38,132 nt of DNA from an uncultured Rhodopirellula sp. (GTDB lineage: Bacteria > Planctomycetota > Planctomycetia > Pirellulales > Pirellulaceae), in contig CAXGAI010000015.1 of NCBI GenBank assembly GCA_964007735.1, forward strand, positions 62,001-100,132. Reading direction: 5' to 3'. Every line of letters starts with the position of its first letter. Position 1 is the stretch's first letter. Below, piece by piece: positions 36,907-38,132 of this stretch. The notes under the pieces were generated by a model. The model did not search any database and was not told the DNA's origin. It worked only from the letters and a program-made list of their open reading frames with translations. The position numbers and the translations under genes are program-made.

Positions 36907-37902
36907 CTACGGTTTCTTGCCTAAAAGAGAGGGGATATTAAGCTCGTCTATCCGGCCCTTCGTGCCTGACACAAAGAAGCTTGTTTTGTCACGTGCCTTG
37001 TCGATGTCATAACACCAGCCGATTTTCAACTGCCTCGTGACCACAACTTCGACATTTAAAGTGTCAACGACATAGAGCATCCCGTCGCTACAAGCAGCAA
37101 TAAGTTGATTTTCCGCTATCCATGAAATGGCCTGAGGTTTTGACGGTAGTTTGATGAATCTTACCATTCGACCTATCGACGGCTGCCAGAATCGAACCGT
37201 GCGATCGTTGCTAGCTGATGCGATGAGCGGGAGCCCGACCACGGGCAGCGAAGGGACTAGGTCGGTCACGGGCTGGATGTGCTGGTTCAAACTTCGTTGA
37301 AGCGTGTAATCGTCCGTGTCCCAGACACGCAGACTGTTGTCGAGGCCACCACTGACAAGTAGTTTGTGTTCAGGGAATGTCGCAAGCGAGGTGACTCCTC
37401 CAGAATGTGCTTTCAATTCATGAGTCACCGATAGGGTATCCGATTCCAATATCCGTACCACGGCATCCAGACCCGCGGTCACAATGGTATCCAGATCCAG
37501 CCACAAACCACAAAGATTAGAATCACCTTCGTTTTCGATCGTGACTAATGGTTGCATATCTGGCCAGTTATAGATGGCAGTGAATGATGATTCGGATGGT
37601 CGGCCGCCACAGACTAATAGACGACCTCCGGTGGGTGAAAATTGGATAGCGTGGATGTTGGCAGTGGGAATCTTATGGGTTGTCCCAGCCCCTTCGGAAT
37701 TATCTGTTAATGCGCATGGGACACCTTTGTTTAATTTCCGTATCGTTAGTCCGGCTTGAGAGGCCATGACTAACGAAGTGCAGTCTGGGCTGATCGCAAG
37801 CGATGTGATAGGCGCAGTCGTCTCGCCTAGTGCGGAACGCGTAAAACACGCTAGCAGGATTGACACGAACAGAGGAAGGGCCGTGAATCGCCAAGACATC
37901 AT
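36907..37902 (-). CDS. WD40-repeat beta-propeller protein with signal peptide
   Basis: ITSLAISPD, AHSGGVTSLA..LVSGGLDNSLRVWD, QH..PVTDL..ASASNDRTVRFW; N-terminal signal. Confidence 0.85.
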   Translation of the reverse strand: MMSWRFTALPLFVSILLACFTRSALGETTAPITSLAISPDCTSLVMASQAGLTIRKLNKGVPCALTDNSEGAGTTHKIPTANIHAIQFSPTGGRLLVCGGRPSESSFTAIYNWPDMQPLVTIENEGDSNLCGLWLDLDTIVTAGLDAVVRILESDTLSVTHELKAHSGGVTSLATFPEHKLLVSGGLDNSLRVWDTDDYTLQRSLNQHIQPVTDLVPSLPVVGLPLIASASNDRTVRFWQPSIGRMVRFIKLPSKPQAISWIAENQLIAACSDGMLYVVDTLNVEVVVTRQLKIGWCYDIDKARDKTSFFVSGTKGRIDELNIPSLLGKKP

Positions 37903-37916
37903 GAACTCGTTTTGGG

Positions 37917-38132
37917 TTAGATAATGAGCTGACTGAGTACATTAGCAGATTCGGGAGTAATGCGGACAGGACGTCCATCGCGCGTGTGCAACTCGTGATT
38001 CGGATTAATGCCAAGTAGTGTGTAAACCGTTGCCGTGATGTCCGCGGGTGTCACTGGTTTATCTTCGGGGTATTCGCCAAGCGAATTACTTGCTCCGTAT
38101 ACTTGGCCGCCGGAAATTCCGCCGCCCGCCAG
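37917..38132 (-). CDS. DUF1501 family protein, C-terminal 71 aa (truncated by the window edge; absent from the ORF track)
   Basis: Manual translation: LAGGGISGGQVYGASNSLGEYPEDKPVTPADITATVYTLLGINPNHELHTRDGRPVRITPESANVLSQLII*, which aligns with the C-termini of the other DUF1501 genes. Confidence 0.88.
   Translation of the reverse strand: MAGGGISGGQVYGASNSLGEYPEDKPVTPADITATVYTLLGINPNHELHTRDGRPVRITPESANVLSQLII

Noticed and set aside
1..38132. Selenocysteine (UGA) read-through, prompted by senB
   Set aside because: The TGA stops of the real genes (17833, 18977, 27710) fall at natural C-termini or in start/stop overlaps; I saw no domain split by TGA.
1..38132. CRISPR arrays, tRNA/rRNA, integrase/transposase, prophage
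   Set aside because: No regularly spaced repeats, RNA-gene signatures or mobility ORFs were seen; intergenic gaps are at most ~310 bp.

Overview
Gene-dense (~50% GC) chromosomal segment that looks planctomycete (inferred from four DUF1501 genes, a DUF1549/DUF1553 cytochrome, a DUF1592-DUF1552 pair, three sulfatases and DUF1080). It holds 27 complete CDS plus one partial DUF1501 at the right edge. I saw no rRNA, tRNA, CRISPR array, transposase or prophage. Most genes suggest periplasmic glycan or sulfate-ester catabolism and planctomycete-type haem proteins. Best leads: (1) a MiaE-like protein that is full length but has lost four of six di-iron ligands; (2) a selenosugar synthase senB with no senA/senC in the window; (3) a secreted beta-propeller/di-haem fusion resembling hydrazine synthase beta+gamma, behind a PdhR/FadR-type operator; (4) two parallel 'di-haem cytochrome + Tat metalloprotein' modules, one carrying a possibly circularly permuted CBM-like insert; (5) a motif-diverged DUF2157-DUF4401-GDYXXLXY membrane operon. 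All family calls come from recognising motifs by eye; no database search was run.
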